Shown here piece by piece: positions 24,001 to 28,466 of a stretch of DNA of 64,000 nt. The notes under the pieces are model-generated. The model worked only from the letters and a program-made list of their open reading frames with translations, ran no database searches and was not told the origin of the DNA. Where the stretch lies: the NCBI GenBank assembly GCA_963666285.1, contig OY762711.1. One strand, written 5' to 3'. This DNA is from Sedimentisphaerales bacterium. Lineage in GTDB: Bacteria > Planctomycetota > Phycisphaerae > Sedimentisphaerales > SM23-30. The translations under genes were made by a program, and so were the position numbers. Position 1 is the first letter of the stretch. Each line of letters starts with the position of its first letter.

Positions 24001-25796
24001 GTGCCAAGATTTATTGACACACCGGATTCTGAGCCTTTATAGGATATTTCCGTATCAGCACCACCGATAATCGTATCATCACCCTGAGAACTAACGATAA
24101 TCTCAATACCGCTGATACCAGATGTAGCAGCTGCTAAACCGGCAGGAATATCAACTGATATGCCGGTTGAATAAGCAGAATAATCAAGGGTATCATCTCC
24201 ATCACCGGCAGCAATAGTTCCGTTAAGTACAGCCCCATCGGTAAAATCAAAACTGTCATTGCCGCTGCCGCTGATAATTTGAGAAATGCCATTATCGATC
24301 TTTATTGTGTTTATGCCGTCCGGGGCATCATACAAATCTGAATCAGCAGAAATAAAACCGGCACTATCTAAAGGATTTTCACCGTCAGAGATAAATATAC
24401 CACCATCAACATCTATAGAATAAAATAAATCCGAATCTATGAGCGACAAATCAAGGATATTTTCATTATCACCATTTTCATAAATCAGATTATCTCCCCA
24501 AACATCACTATACAACTCTAAATTGTCAGTCCAGATATACTGATAGACATATCGATCTGCACCATCCCGACCGTAAATCCGATCATTTCCTTTGCCTATG
24601 TATATAGTATTGGCAAAATCATCGCCATAAATTTCATCATCATAATCACTGCCGATTATGATTTCAAAGTTTGAGACACTGTCAGTGTTATCAGCACCGT
24701 CAGTTGCCTCATTTTTGGCAAGATCAATCCATATACCGGCAGTATCATTGATATAACTGATAATATCGGTTCCAGCTTCACCGTCGAGAGTATCTGAGCC
24801 GACATCACCGATAATATAGTCATTACCACCACCGCCATAGATAGTATTGTCATACTGATTTCCGACAAGTATATCGGCGTAATTTGTACCAATTATCGAT
24901 TCAATAGAAGTAAGCTCATCTTCATCACCAAAACCATCTGCAGCCTTATCTTCACCAAGATAAACCTCTACCCCGGATGTATCACCGGCAAAAGAAACAA
25001 AATCATTACCGGCACCACCATCAAGATAATCATCTCCACGACCACCATTAAGAGTATCATCACCATCGCCTGCCTCGATAGTGTCGTTACCAGTACCACC
25101 ACTGATTATGTCATTACCGCCATTACCGACAAGGTAGTTATCTTGTGAGTTACCAGTGATAATATCATTACCTTCACCGCCAAAAACAGTATTAAAACCT
25201 GTTGCTCCGCCGGTATAAGATGCTGTACCGGCAGAAAGGTTAACATTTACATCATATTCACTGGTAAGATCCGAATAATCCAGCGTATTGCCAGAGCCCA
25301 AAGAACAGTCGATATAGCCGGATATGGAACCACCCGGTTCAAAGACAACCGTATTGGAACCGGTACCACCAATGATGTTTTCAATATTCGCCGCTTCCTG
25401 GATAGTATTTTCACCATCAGAAACAGATATGGAGCCATCTTGATGAATTGTAAAGGATAGATCAGCTGAAACCTGTGAGAAATCAAGAGTATCATTACCG
25501 CCATCAACAGCTTCGACAATTGTATCTATTTCCCAGGAGTCCTGGAATTTATAAACATCATTGCCAAGCATGCCTTTCATCAGATCCTGGGTATCCGCTA
25601 CACTCAGCAGTATATCATCCGAATCTGTACCCAGGACTTCATTTAATTCATTCTGGTCATTGGAAGAACCGTTAAGCAGCAATCGCCGCTCAAGAAATTC
25701 GAGGGATAAATTTTTGTTTATGCCTATCTCGCGTATTTTATCACGACGGGAATCACGTTTTTTCTTTCTCCAAAATAATTTTTCTAAACGGTTCAT
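1..25796 (-). CDS. Giant secreted adhesin-like protein (>=8,598 aa, C-terminus outside window): LEPR-XLL leader + RTX Ca-binding repeats + LktA-like filamentous repeats
   Basis: ATG at 25796 with AGGAG RBS at 25804-25808. Translates MNRLEKLFWRKKKRDSRRDKIREIGINKNLSLEFLERRLLLNG... The same frame still reads ...LENIDISLSNGADRFTVHST at position 3. The ORF track lists no stop-terminated ORF in this frame, consistent with no internal stop. Many GGxGxDxL nonapeptides. Confidence 0.93.
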   Translation of the reverse strand, partial: MNRLEKLFWRKKKRDSRRDKIREIGINKNLSLEFLERRLLLNGSSNDQNELNEVLGTDSDDILLSVADTQDLMKGMLGNDVYKFQDSWEIDTIVEAVDGGNDTLDFSQVSADLSFTIHQDGSISVSDGENTIQEAANIENIIGGTGSNTVVFEPGGSISGYIDCSLGSGNTLDYSDLTSEYDVNVNLSAGTASYTGGATGFNTVFGGEGNDIITGNSQDNYLVGNGGNDIISGGTGNDTIEAGDGDDTLNGGRGDDYLDGGAGNDFVSFAGDTSGVEVYLGEDKAADGFGDEDELTSIESIIGTNYADILVGNQYDNTIYGGGGNDYIIGDVGSDTLDGEAGTDIISYINDTAGIWIDLAKNEATDGADNTDSVSNFEIIIGSDYDDEIYGDDFANTIYIGKGNDRIYGRDGADRYVYQYIWTDNLELYSDVWGDNLIYENGDNENILDLSLIDSDLFYSIDVDGGIFISDGENPLDSAGFISADSDLYDAPDGINTIKIDNGISQIISGSGNDSFDFTDGAVLNGTIAAGDGDDTLDYSAYSTGISVDIPAGLAAATSGISGIEIIVSSQGDDTIIGGADTEISYKGSESGVSINLGTGSQEQVGDSGQDSFTSVVNLDGSAYDDILLGSDGNNKLIGLEGNDTLTGKDGNDKYIFSDSWGVDTVIENADEGTDTLDFSQVTTDIVFTFHVDGTFSVSSEDGSLYYVANIEKIIGGSGDNIYTFEDGAVFNGDIVGSSSNDDTIGTATLDYRQYNSSVTVNLSSKSADGVAGSVSKIDNIYGSSYGDFLTGDSGDNIIVGGAGADEITGGGGSDTASYRFAPVGVTVYLGNNGTNTGYALGDTFDGIENLEGSDFADTLYGNSEDNIFIGNGGADKLYGNGGNDTAAYIYSTIGVIADLASGSSNDGDEYFEITNLTGSAFDDILTGSSLDNVIDGGEGNDIIEGLTGDDIIIGGEGIDIASYRLSGSAVAVTLDADGEEQDTLSAGLDTLSGIEGLVGSQFDDILVGNNTSNILEGYLGNDTLIGSGGSDTYQFGDLWDNDTILEVAPDYENDAEESLGDSEDVLDFSTSSSDVTITIHTDQTVSLAVNNNTIISHIGNIEKIIASLGTTIIAFEDGAEFAGTIEGTTDGILTLDYSSYTTDISVNLDVQDDETLAQAQGTDGVRFVDNVYGGSGNDTIVGGSGDNYLYGNAGDDSIEGREGNDVIYAGAGDDSVLGGAGDDTIYGGDNNDNLEGGEGDDIIYGGLGDDAISGGEGTDEVSYADMTTSVTVNLSISGAQDTGAGLDTISGITNITGTDEVDILTGNDEGNYIFGGEGNDEIYGLDGDDTLEGGLGNDTIVGGQGVNTVSYQKSMTGVTIKLTQKQQDNGQNDIDELYNIQNVIGSDLNDTIYGNQASNKIITGAGNDTIYGAGGSDIIFSGSGNDTVYGEAGDDLIYGGSGDDELYGGADNDVIAGNEGINIIDGGGGTNAVSYAGASAGVTVDLGKASSQNTYGAGVDTLVFINDIIGSDYADTIYGNDSDNVISAGGGDDIIFASTGADEIYGDAGTDVITYELAGQGLTINLASPSNNTGIAAGDSYESIENVIGTAYSDTITGDSADNYLIGGDGIDYIYGGDGDDTLEGSSGSDKLYGQDGSDWVSYVNSGAVTVNLDVFTGSDGIYTDDLDSIENIIGSAFADSITGDSNDNIIIGGLGADTIDGFGGTNTISFADAATGVTVRLSGGVTGTGDEADGDSYVNIQNIIGSDYDDILFGDSNANYIFGRSGNDYIYGGLAADILEGGEGADIIIGGGGSDTASYANDESAVTVSLDGEAEDGYSNIDTLSGIYNLIGSEYDDTLSGSVFSNNIYGGDGDDTIIGSLGNDNIYGQDGSNTISYVDSSNFVTVDLLSGSAWGVFIGVDNLVDIANITGSVYNDILTGNSDDNIIDGGKGDDKIYGGNGADTLIGGYGNDYLNGQDGSDTVSYEYSENYVIVNLGLSFGMDETGQDNDELVSISNVTGSEYDDIIYGDYHDNIIYGLGGNDNIQAAAGNDIVYGGEGNDTILGQAGDDIILGGLGLDSLDGGSENDTISFADDISGIVVDLLNGQAIDGEENVEVIAGFENAIGSEYDDFIYGSNEANILTGGDGDDYITALDGDDIVEGGYGDDELVGGSGIDTVSYASAEMEVEVDLSILTSQFTYGADNDEIRGFENLTGSAYDDILRGDSEDNIINGGDGDDILEGRGGAADTLNGGEGSDTASYANSTEMVQVDLSGTNPALGDAVGDVFDSIENLEGSAQNDFLYGRADESNIIIGGGGADTIDGGGGNKADTVSFAGSEEAVTVDLEAGTGLGGDAEGDVYTNITNVIGSPYNDRLIGSSLGSNISGGLGDDLIILNDGDNIVDGGFGDDTISYELYSGVTVNLSITDAQPVTAANDDTIANISNIIGSPGIDILIGNEYSNVLTGGAGGDTLIGGDGSDWVSYQDSGPVTVYLDSANGLSSGSDAGGDTYNGIENVIGSSYGDTIYGDAGDNIIKAGAGSDFVYGLAGNDTLIGSWGNDTIDGGDNEDTVSYEYSISGVTATLGATASENGYTDTLLNLEILIGSDYDDILTGDSSANEIYGGLGDDVLEGMDAGDILDGGAGRDIASYANSTNGVTIDLNIPANNTYHAAGDDFVSIEVFQGSDHADFFYGDSSNNIFIGGAGGDRFDGRGGSDTVSYETSTTGVTVYLGNNGTNTNDALGDNFTDIENVIGTDQVDTIHGDGNSNIIIGGLGDDFLYGEGSVDTVSYLNTPIDASNTGVTVNLETSQVSGPAGADTISGFENIEGTEGDDILTGDSGDNIIYGAGGSDTINGNGGNDVLICGTGNDIYDFNGNYSSLTIIDSDKITISSDINIAGDLSLISGDSIELAENVTISTRINPSGVLTQFGAVNLTAPDIYLKSGSQILTYADTASGIAGGDINLTATKTPIDTASAIWQYIGIAIMETFSPVVVEVDVVSIDIDNAVLHGENITIKAVADTSMIYDLEEDSVAEEVVGNIQDFLDLTIFQLIGGVSVSVADSRITIGSGTVIDGANVVIDAQAVSEANVTVGSIFVGVGVAVSVPTAEVTVEDQVQINASGNLDMLSSAYSGVNVSVQHDIFYGTSLPEKLDKLQVFNFALAIGVSVPTSVTTVQDGAVLDVTGDFNMKSEIFKDSSIEAEAETHKDGYVAAGVAVSVFVGTAQASFNGTVTAGGNVTISAVQTMESDGLSASTEFPEDNDNPGDIQSLAKKAVMGIANKVKKKNAANKDDANKSNSEDTNKTGDDQKNQSQSRKIAFAPALALQAHVSMVDAYIGSNAKVESDMGSVSVDASNMLSPKIGASSEIENDKNSNTTSIGASIVLAGYVNLTNAYIAGGAVVDAYEDITVHAESGYEWYFEYSWEGVGTSLQDIGGDDSIVSQVESVFTEVTTTDLNDISIMDGITDSIGGLFTSNVKSSISGGTTGLAGSVNISAYVNVANAYIGENAVINSDLNRSGSQDVTVEAETSSIIISNTGVGGLGFGVSGAKNAAGGSLYIGANVNITNADIKGGVSLYADTLKVNAETTNVNVSIASAAGKGSSAGISGSGNIIVIVNSTRANIDGDAQITTGNGIIEGTNDSVLVNADDTTIVANIAGSISKGKDTAVGVSIGANVVVRNTRAIIGNLDEADPTGYLYSAGNVSLSADNMGGIVAIAAAGTFQEGKSGQESKSKKTMRDISNSLKSIPRSIGKSILTKLPGGVDGVSETGTLFGKTIDWSKINKAQQDKLNEKFQDAQPDTEKYQPKFGTSISGSVTANIIVENLQSSVYYANITGADSLSAKAVNTTGIVSVAGSVAYSGKEAKKGVAFAGAATINVIVDSTRSHIQNSSVSVAGDINVSSMTIGGIVELSFSLGICRAEKGVAVAGSVTAGNIIQTTKAYIDDSIVTANGNVNIYSLNGSGIISVAGAVSSGTTAAVGASIVIGTMVESAYGYISDSIVNAADINIDTIDATVCVGIALAGGFSKGGVAVPISIAVSTVVTEVESYISADGGTTYINSSGDINLNTTNGAVVVYAAGSLGISTKGDSDSKAQGAAGASVVVTTYVANVSSNISGTHCEFDPESNTAVNDNDNTITFASEHYLQTGDVVVYDLNGDGLAVEGLSDGTTYYVIRVDNQTIKLAADSADALSGTAIDIAPAQSDNNSAVHQLKKLVIDAVNDINMTTVNGLVFVDFAVAGQGGGKFTLGGSVLVNTLVTDVSTFMHDVAVNPSGNTGMKTIDGSVIVSLAGSIQIAGSEGKVAAGASIIISTTVYDTDTYLSDVIFGYSADSDNLDMQTSYGAVTAALSVSGQGGGEFTLGGSVLVNTLTSDTETYIEDSSVFVANDISMKTFDGSVVASAAGSFQISAKGKASAGAAISINTLVNNANTYIDSSSINSASDVGDSLYMEAVNGSVIFNIAISGQGADKFAAGGSLVVNTLVSETQSYAKDSFIWLSDYADMYSLNCAVVGAVSGAIQVATGGAAIGASIAVNTLVADTRSFLDNTIYGSQSSRNGSLRLDAFNVSEIVSGSISGQGAGKFALGGSITVNTVVNETQARIQNNSVVYTDSYGDIELTAEDYAINIALAGSLQVATGGAAIGASVAVCTVANTIEALVDNSTIDTAANINLLADSNSIIAVLALGGQGADKFALGGSVTVNTVAQDINAAIINGSDVYTTGNIDMNAYDLAVIGNVAGSGQVAVGGAAIGAAVSVNTVSDDVFSGIKNSKVFADTTSTDLHSFALSNVNVSDSLDTITFNNNHGFDTGDAIVFTQGVSEIENISANKTYYVIKVNNKTIKLAESLDDAQADTSIDIAELDPYYQFNYSSSLTVQPGSDIDNNVVQTQAKHKLSTGDIVTYHSGSEVTITGLDQDEEYYVIYVDENSFKLADSYADAVAGNAVTISMPATESDHTFEKQITLDFIPSSAVSSSEDTITFTSPHNLNDGDTLVYSSNDIGFLPGLIDGRTYYVVVVDDYSIRVTGTLSDTNPDSESVVDLQYVADAAETTMVIRTGGGTINIYAENSTVIGNVAVAGQIAQYAAVGGSLPINTIANSTIAGISGDADVDAANDISLYAGDMSIIGSVSGSGQGAVYAAVGAGVSVNTIANDVKAYIDGSTVDAGNDISIKAENMSLIGNVAVAGQASIYASVGGSFAINTLVSNTEAYISNNADVHADNNIDMMAENTSVIGSASGSVQAAVYAAVGISVSVNTIVNNVSAYIDSAEVSAGNDIMIKADNLAVLGSVAVGGRAAVYASVGGSIAVNTIANHTSAYITNSTTGDKGVTADNITLDAHDLSVNGTFTGAFNGAAFAAVGGALSVSVVANEVDAYIDNSKVIAYDSLNLESDNEATIYNIVISGQAAIAGVGGSVAVNVVAGTTESYIFGSNITAGDTEILAKDNSNNSVITGSFQGGVAAVGIAVSVNILDSTVNAYADNTVFNVDNQLAIQVENNTRINNIAVAGQLGGAAVGGSVAVNTLTSESAAYLSDSVDVNIGTLNVKIDDNSKISAITGAIQAGGASMGVAVSVNTSVKDINAYIENSTVKASEKVSVETVDNASVANIAVSGQLSAAASQGGSVAVNTVVNDVNSYIVDSNITSVENSDLISDGVYVTATDNSHIEAIAGSVQLAAAASYGIAVPVNTIANNLQAYIDNTEVSDVNILTVYADNSPYIKNISASGQGAMIAVGGSVSVNTIVNDTRACITNGSEIYASGDITVSAEDNSYIEGVAGAAQIGLGAVGASISVNTIDIDINSYVNGSDLWTDSDITVYAADNAEIDNLTFSGQAGAIALGGSVVVNTIESSVNAYIGSGSLIAQAQKATVHALSSPYIHTEGVSGSLGLVALGGVVAVSTYTTDVNAYIADGVEVGQQTLSLVDDLEVFAEIDADIRAEVYSGAAGIVAGTGAFNFVTVNPSAHAYIGNSDIYTNDSVTVKAVSTISAEASADGGSAGGVAIGAMVADISVTEGAVKASIKDNAVISTSFLTVYADSDDDLHVHTVAGAAGAIGIAGANSSISDELDTLVELGDNIDINVDTIQLTAYHLQDVDSSADSYSFGLAAGAGAGAYNDIYTSANINIGENTSVDADIIIINAVNKLVKDRYADSSNLRTGSAGIGNVSVLISSTDIGKSDDKFQAVVNVGQGTTLKANGSNSSPGIIQIDALTDVLAIDNIRIETVSGLGLSIGESVITTYTDSSINLDGAVLENVSGDVSLGAKTNSSANPSANMLSIAAVSTLVSAEAKADTHADNSITVNNSTIKGSDINIFAGQSSGLIPNLIDSLANTELTAASLAPNIVLPNPQSYIAETNTVNLTGNTIIRSLEDVQLTAVEGLGGSDRAATSGLSLSLSLIPYGEEVTGQKSVSSVNDVTIADTVSIEAGVNNVTLLHILPMTLNGEAQLDPARLGQPLTDSEKADLGLDVSLNYEYAAINLDDISFNITSDTIIKVISGYNSGGIVDHYYSYIGSGSDSDLNSLESNSDSIILQNEDFSDTSRWEHLGATLTDEQVEDNAVYDSDVTAIFKDELQGKFYVIKPVAMDAPTLSFVNMGNLLVEQRNTIVQWMVSHSTNSEALARYQVQLDLIDQALTDLGLLETVTSNGQTTTVINTELDTVFIELPEIYAVPGSIFIDVDGKDSSDYDYLVGTQLVARSGAQIEILNKTPFTMSLNDTVIRDNKKVTIIDGIFTVQQPGNVYVNNNQLTSVTDTDTVKEITVNQDAYSASAYDLGSLDLPSISQDIYVTGDIVNENGDVYISNVEGSINVNGEIRAEQVEIHAGVDFNLNSDDWLHTGSDPRQYIDYTALRESAYNSSDPITYYSYTGGVSGLDDAIDQSSSAILAQGNISITARYLNVNGLIQSGVDTITLTIDADFNPGNQTVTFTDAKGNALDGLSFGEYNVPVDGYFDAAKQAIVLDDIIPAGGNITLAGQIMSTGNGEIRVAHGYTSVEIVNNSAYELILGEIDTTTDRVGKITIIDTATLVKTEYVVSGDTVLENVYNGEKTSTGSSEGGIVSTISYTLDQNASATHGINDSIQYETREGLYYVWVEGQELLDVTVTKYEKNSFNLFGDNALADWLSKDNSYAWQVTKYIDGQPLLESESLVMAGTSEMPDYADGTVYAIDYEQKDNTGVDLVPGVTQVRDTNFVVYKFTGTEQIDSVLLSTVDFTDTTLWTPNGVVVGDQFEDPTLDKYDKDYVNSSYSVVQWTTGGGWLRKKTVHTKITEISGKVDYYTHALKADYPIDITFVHGSDTPSINITSVGSIYMQGNITSPEQGSVTLNSKSGSISGVDTVAVFGVSPTIITGSTTKTSSVSKADTDPVLAAGSVVINVEGGHDPINLNTTGDIVINVISTGSDDNQLRVESITTDGNIYINAPDGIIAYDQNSIISGNRIEIYADNGSVGSAAQPLLIDSDVAGSGGLSVLSDGDIYVTEVAGDLNLLQPEYRDNVDISILSETGDVVLDVISGSVLDSISEQYNPSSVINTADLTPEVQAKIADGELQSADFVLSPSLMKYLYPDAYVRGSTGSSAELLNISANNITITTSGTDSQVGFITEPVYIDLSNGFDDPLLTDSQKQLLASATVDDIFGFQYAMYVYSGSNANSVDLSMVDFTDPGWTQINYDFITNLEKTDQVVSINTGQLVLMQYDSARYGLYEYQGANGSVNLAAQDYSDQQTWKPFSYDYTNASGSTADLKSGQIVADINVVTSLVLQTWADVNVKASGTIIVDSAGGVALETEGDISIAGIHSNGKVRIVSDGSILDDAASSGGAVATLDDVILISSGDIESTDGVSPFNVTIAATGTLSAYAPGDITINQDEGSISKGTRQFNAADLVIGTISADGTVDIHTSNGNIIVGTVSSDTAIVLSTDNGSVLDDIVDSVRDLISDNILISAPNGAVGSAQSDLDFTFNTANSPVLNINTLNNIDIAYSSGSFTLTDNLVMESAAGDITFTINRSKVSGNDLSLSGGDNLIKAPSGTVRFNVPGDIYVYNSDSVQNAQKIVLQGDSDSQNAGTYIEINNVFNVPLEAYGNTASDQFVINTVSYTVGIQSWLLDGANSSDSYTINLSGTGSSDISILDSGITGSDTLTVNATGNDDTLLSRLDYIALVHPDGFNQYGKQLYADDYELISYNNAIDQLVINTLDGDDTVAVDDNSALTEINTGIGADRIQVGQLYATQPSGPATIKVTQGYLTNGVSYETTVNSGDGNDEFNIYHNLATLNLNGEDGDDTFIVRAFVDRTTNISGGQGVDTFKYAVNSPVYIDGGDGNDRLVLFGTELDDIFVVTEDHIYGAGLDVKMNNVETLLLDGELGDDSIYVLSTSSVFSTVLLGSFGNDTFNIGGAPAGVNLNDLVVTGSGDNLVANNNLDGINGPVRIEGGSGQDDDLSALYDPVTLPGENEDDESFDNNTGIDINEQESQDTLNIYNDSVNSAQSGVLTGDNFYGFNLPDSATISNVVYPAGLVFHDMENANIYLGSGNDIINVRRNDTDITSIYTGSGSDTINVGSNAHDSSNTSGTLDSISGRLNIYAGSGAGTDLLSLDDSGDYNSNIGQLTDTLISGLGMSGFGIYYSQLENIDISLSNGADRFTVHST
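6600..17000 (-). repeat. LktA-like (Fusobacterium leukotoxin-type) ~50-55 aa tandem beta-helical repeats within the giant ORF
   Basis: Recurrent AVGGSVAVNTI...T.AYI.NS.V.A..DI...A.D...I..VAGS.Q units, most regular at about 8000-13200. Family resemblance is from memory. Confidence 0.7.
17240..25620 (-). repeat. RTX/hemolysin-type Ca-binding repeat block within the giant ORF
   Basis: About 25-30 (manual count) units of DTVSY...GVTVNL...DTL.SIENIIGS.YDDIL.GD...N.I.GGxGxD, plus runs of GGxGDDxIxG nonapeptides. Confidence 0.9.
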
Positions 25797-26424
25797 GGCA
25801 GCACTCCTGGGTATTTCAAAAATTATTTTTAATGTGTTAAGACACTTATTTTTATATTATTATAAACATGCCTGATAAATAAATTTACAGACATAGATTT
25901 ATATACTTTAAAACTGAAATAATGACCTTCAATAATATTTATTTTCTGTATTTAGTGAAAGCCGCACTCTTCTCAGCCCTGATAATTTTAAGACTCCCCA
26001 GGCAGAATAAAACCTTAACCGGCAGTTTCTCTGATCAAAATATCTCAATAATTTTTGCTAAGAGTAATTACCATCAAGATTTAAATCATATATTCTGCAA
26101 ATATTAATTATATGAAATGAAAGAAGGAAAAACAAATTTAATTCCATTTTTTGCGACACCAAACAAAAAGATAACAGACGACACAAGAGGTTATTGAGCA
26201 ATAGCTTATGAGCATTTACCCAATAAGAAAAAACCTAAATATACTTGCAATAATTGGAATTAAAATGCACAAATTAACAGACAATTTGCATTTAAGGTTT
26301 AAGATAGGTAATCTATGCAAAAAAAATGTCATTAGAATACAAGCATTTATTGTATAAACATTTAATAATTTATTAATATGATTATTTCATCCGCGACTTT
26401 GCTACTGCAATATGTGTAGTTTTT

Positions 26425-28446
26425 TTATTGCAATTCAAAACAAGTATCATCTTTCATAGGATCACACCATAGCCAGTATTTTGCCAAGATCGCCAGGTCA
26501 ATAATATTAACAGAACAATCTTCATTGAAATCTCCCGGCAGGTTTACCCATATGCCACACTCATTTTCCCTGACTAAAGCTGAAACTGAAGCAGTATACC
26601 CATCGTAAGCAGTGTCTGAACTGGATGCAGAAACAGTTAAATCAGGATAGTATATCTGCGACTGAAGCAAAATATCATCAACAGCAGTCACCAGAACAGG
26701 CTGCGGCTGATCCCAATTCTCTGTGGTAAATTCGAGTACTGCCGGATCACATACTATCTCAGCAGGAACAGATCGATCGACAAGACTAACAGAAACATCA
26801 CTTAAAGGTTCAAAATCAAGCGACAATTCAACAGTGACTGTCTGGCCTTCCTCAAACTCCAGTTCAGCAGGATTAACCACAACCAAAGGCGAGAAATATT
26901 GATCATAAAGCCGATCAAAAATCATCTGTAATTGATTATTATTAAGTTGCGTATTATAAATCATAATTTCCGCAATATCACCCTGGAACCAATCTGTTCC
27001 ATAATAGTCTCCGCTAGTACTAAGACCATTACCAACGGTTAAAACATTATCACTTACAAGCAATTCGAAAACATTTTCAGAACCAGCAGTATTATTAAAT
27101 ACCTGCGGACTCAGGTTGTCAACATAATACTTAAGTGAATCGTAAGTGCCTCCTTGTGCAATCTGCAAAGCCACAATATGGAAACCAATAGAAACAGGAT
27201 TATCGGAATTGACAAGTGACTTGCCGTTATTGAACCTGCCACCGGAACCACCGTCAGTGAGAGTGCTGTTGGTTGACATATCCACACCAAGAATGTGACC
27301 GGCATTGCTTTGCCCCTGCCCTATCTGCATCATGCGTTCTGCCGCTTCACCACTCTGATCACCAGTAGCGACAGTAATGACAGTTAATCCGGAATCAATA
27401 TCAGGAATAGTAAATAAACTTCCTGCAAGGGCATCAGCACCGCTAAATCTAACCGCAGGATTGCCATTGAGTGCAAAAGATCGGTAAATGGGAGTGCCGA
27501 CCCCGGATACTGAGAAAACATCTCCAGATACCGTATCTGAAGTTGCTGAATCAAGCCATGCAGTTACAGTATCACCATCGCTCAAACCTGATATATCAGC
27601 AGCACTAAGATGAATAATCATACTTTCGGTAAAATATTTGCGATATAAGTAATCATATACCTGCTGCATTTCAGACGGTACAAGCTGTTTGTTGTATATT
27701 ATTATTTCTGCAATATCACCATGGTAGGCATCACTAGCCATAAGCACGCCCGTCACAGCATTACTGTAACCGGTTCCAATTGATAATTTATTATTATCCG
27801 TTATCAGAGATATCTCATTACCGGCTGACGCCGTATTGTTAAACACCTGCTCCTCTAGATTATCGACATAATATTTGGCAGAACTATAGGTTTGGCCCTG
27901 GTTAATCTGGGCTGCGACAATATGAAATGCGGTTGTAACAGGGTTACCATCTTTTACCAGCATTTTTCCATTATTAAACCTTACACCTGAACCTCCATCG
28001 GACAAAGTACTGTTTGTCGACATGTCAACGCCTAAAATATGCCCGGCATTACTTGCAGTCTGACCTAACTGCAAAACACGTTCAGCCGTCGCCCCGGAAC
28101 CATCTCCGGTAGCAACTACAAATATCGTTAAGCCATCATCGACGGCAGGTATGGAAATAAAATCGCTGACTAGAGCGTCATCCCCCTGCATTCTAACAGC
28201 AGGCTGTCCATTCAGGCCATTCGAAATATAAACTGGTGTAGACCAGCCGAAAACAGCTGAAACATTCCCGGACACCAAATCCGCAGTAGCCGAATCTGAC
28301 CATTGAGAAACCATATCACCATCATTAAGCTCTGTAATAGACCCGGCATCAAGGTGAATGATCAAACCATCCTGAACAGGAATATCAGCAGATACAACAC
28401 AACAGTACAAAACTAACAATACAAAAAATATCATTCTAATATACAT
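26425..28446 (-). CDS. Secreted protein with two tandem LamG/ConA-like domains, a Calx-beta/Ig-like domain and a C-terminal dockerin-like motif
   Basis: Start moved to ATG 28446 (GAGGAG RBS), giving signal peptide MYIRMIFFVLLVLYCCVVSA. Two HLxA...GDIAEI(I/M)IYN domains; FTTENWDQPQPVLVTAVDD; GDFNEDCSVNIIDLAILAKYWL. Confidence 0.85.
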   Translation of the reverse strand: MYIRMIFFVLLVLYCCVVSADIPVQDGLIIHLDAGSITELNDGDMVSQWSDSATADLVSGNVSAVFGWSTPVYISNGLNGQPAVRMQGDDALVSDFISIPAVDDGLTIFVVATGDGSGATAERVLQLGQTASNAGHILGVDMSTNSTLSDGGSGVRFNNGKMLVKDGNPVTTAFHIVAAQINQGQTYSSAKYYVDNLEEQVFNNTASAGNEISLITDNNKLSIGTGYSNAVTGVLMASDAYHGDIAEIIIYNKQLVPSEMQQVYDYLYRKYFTESMIIHLSAADISGLSDGDTVTAWLDSATSDTVSGDVFSVSGVGTPIYRSFALNGNPAVRFSGADALAGSLFTIPDIDSGLTVITVATGDQSGEAAERMMQIGQGQSNAGHILGVDMSTNSTLTDGGSGGRFNNGKSLVNSDNPVSIGFHIVALQIAQGGTYDSLKYYVDNLSPQVFNNTAGSENVFELLVSDNVLTVGNGLSTSGDYYGTDWFQGDIAEIMIYNTQLNNNQLQMIFDRLYDQYFSPLVVVNPAELEFEEGQTVTVELSLDFEPLSDVSVSLVDRSVPAEIVCDPAVLEFTTENWDQPQPVLVTAVDDILLQSQIYYPDLTVSASSSDTAYDGYTASVSALVRENECGIWVNLPGDFNEDCSVNIIDLAILAKYWLWCDPMKDDTCFELQ

Positions 28447-28466
28447 GGTATTCTCCTCAATGCCGC

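Noticed and set aside
8000..25600. Possible CRISPR array or DNA tandem repeat
   Set aside because: Repeats are degenerate and codon-phased protein repeats; there are no identical repeat-spacer units and no cas genes.
6600..25796. Calling the giant protein a toxin (RTX toxin or leukotoxin)
   Set aside because: Only structural repeats are recognisable; no toxin catalytic or pore domain and no acyltransferase gene is visible.
1115..25875. Dozens of short track ORFs on both strands
   Set aside because: Shadow frames of the giant minus-strand ORF; no independent motifs.
25797..26424. 61-aa ORF 25922-26107 and imperfect palindrome near 26260-26295
   Set aside because: AT-rich promoter-type DNA; neither is distinguishable from chance.
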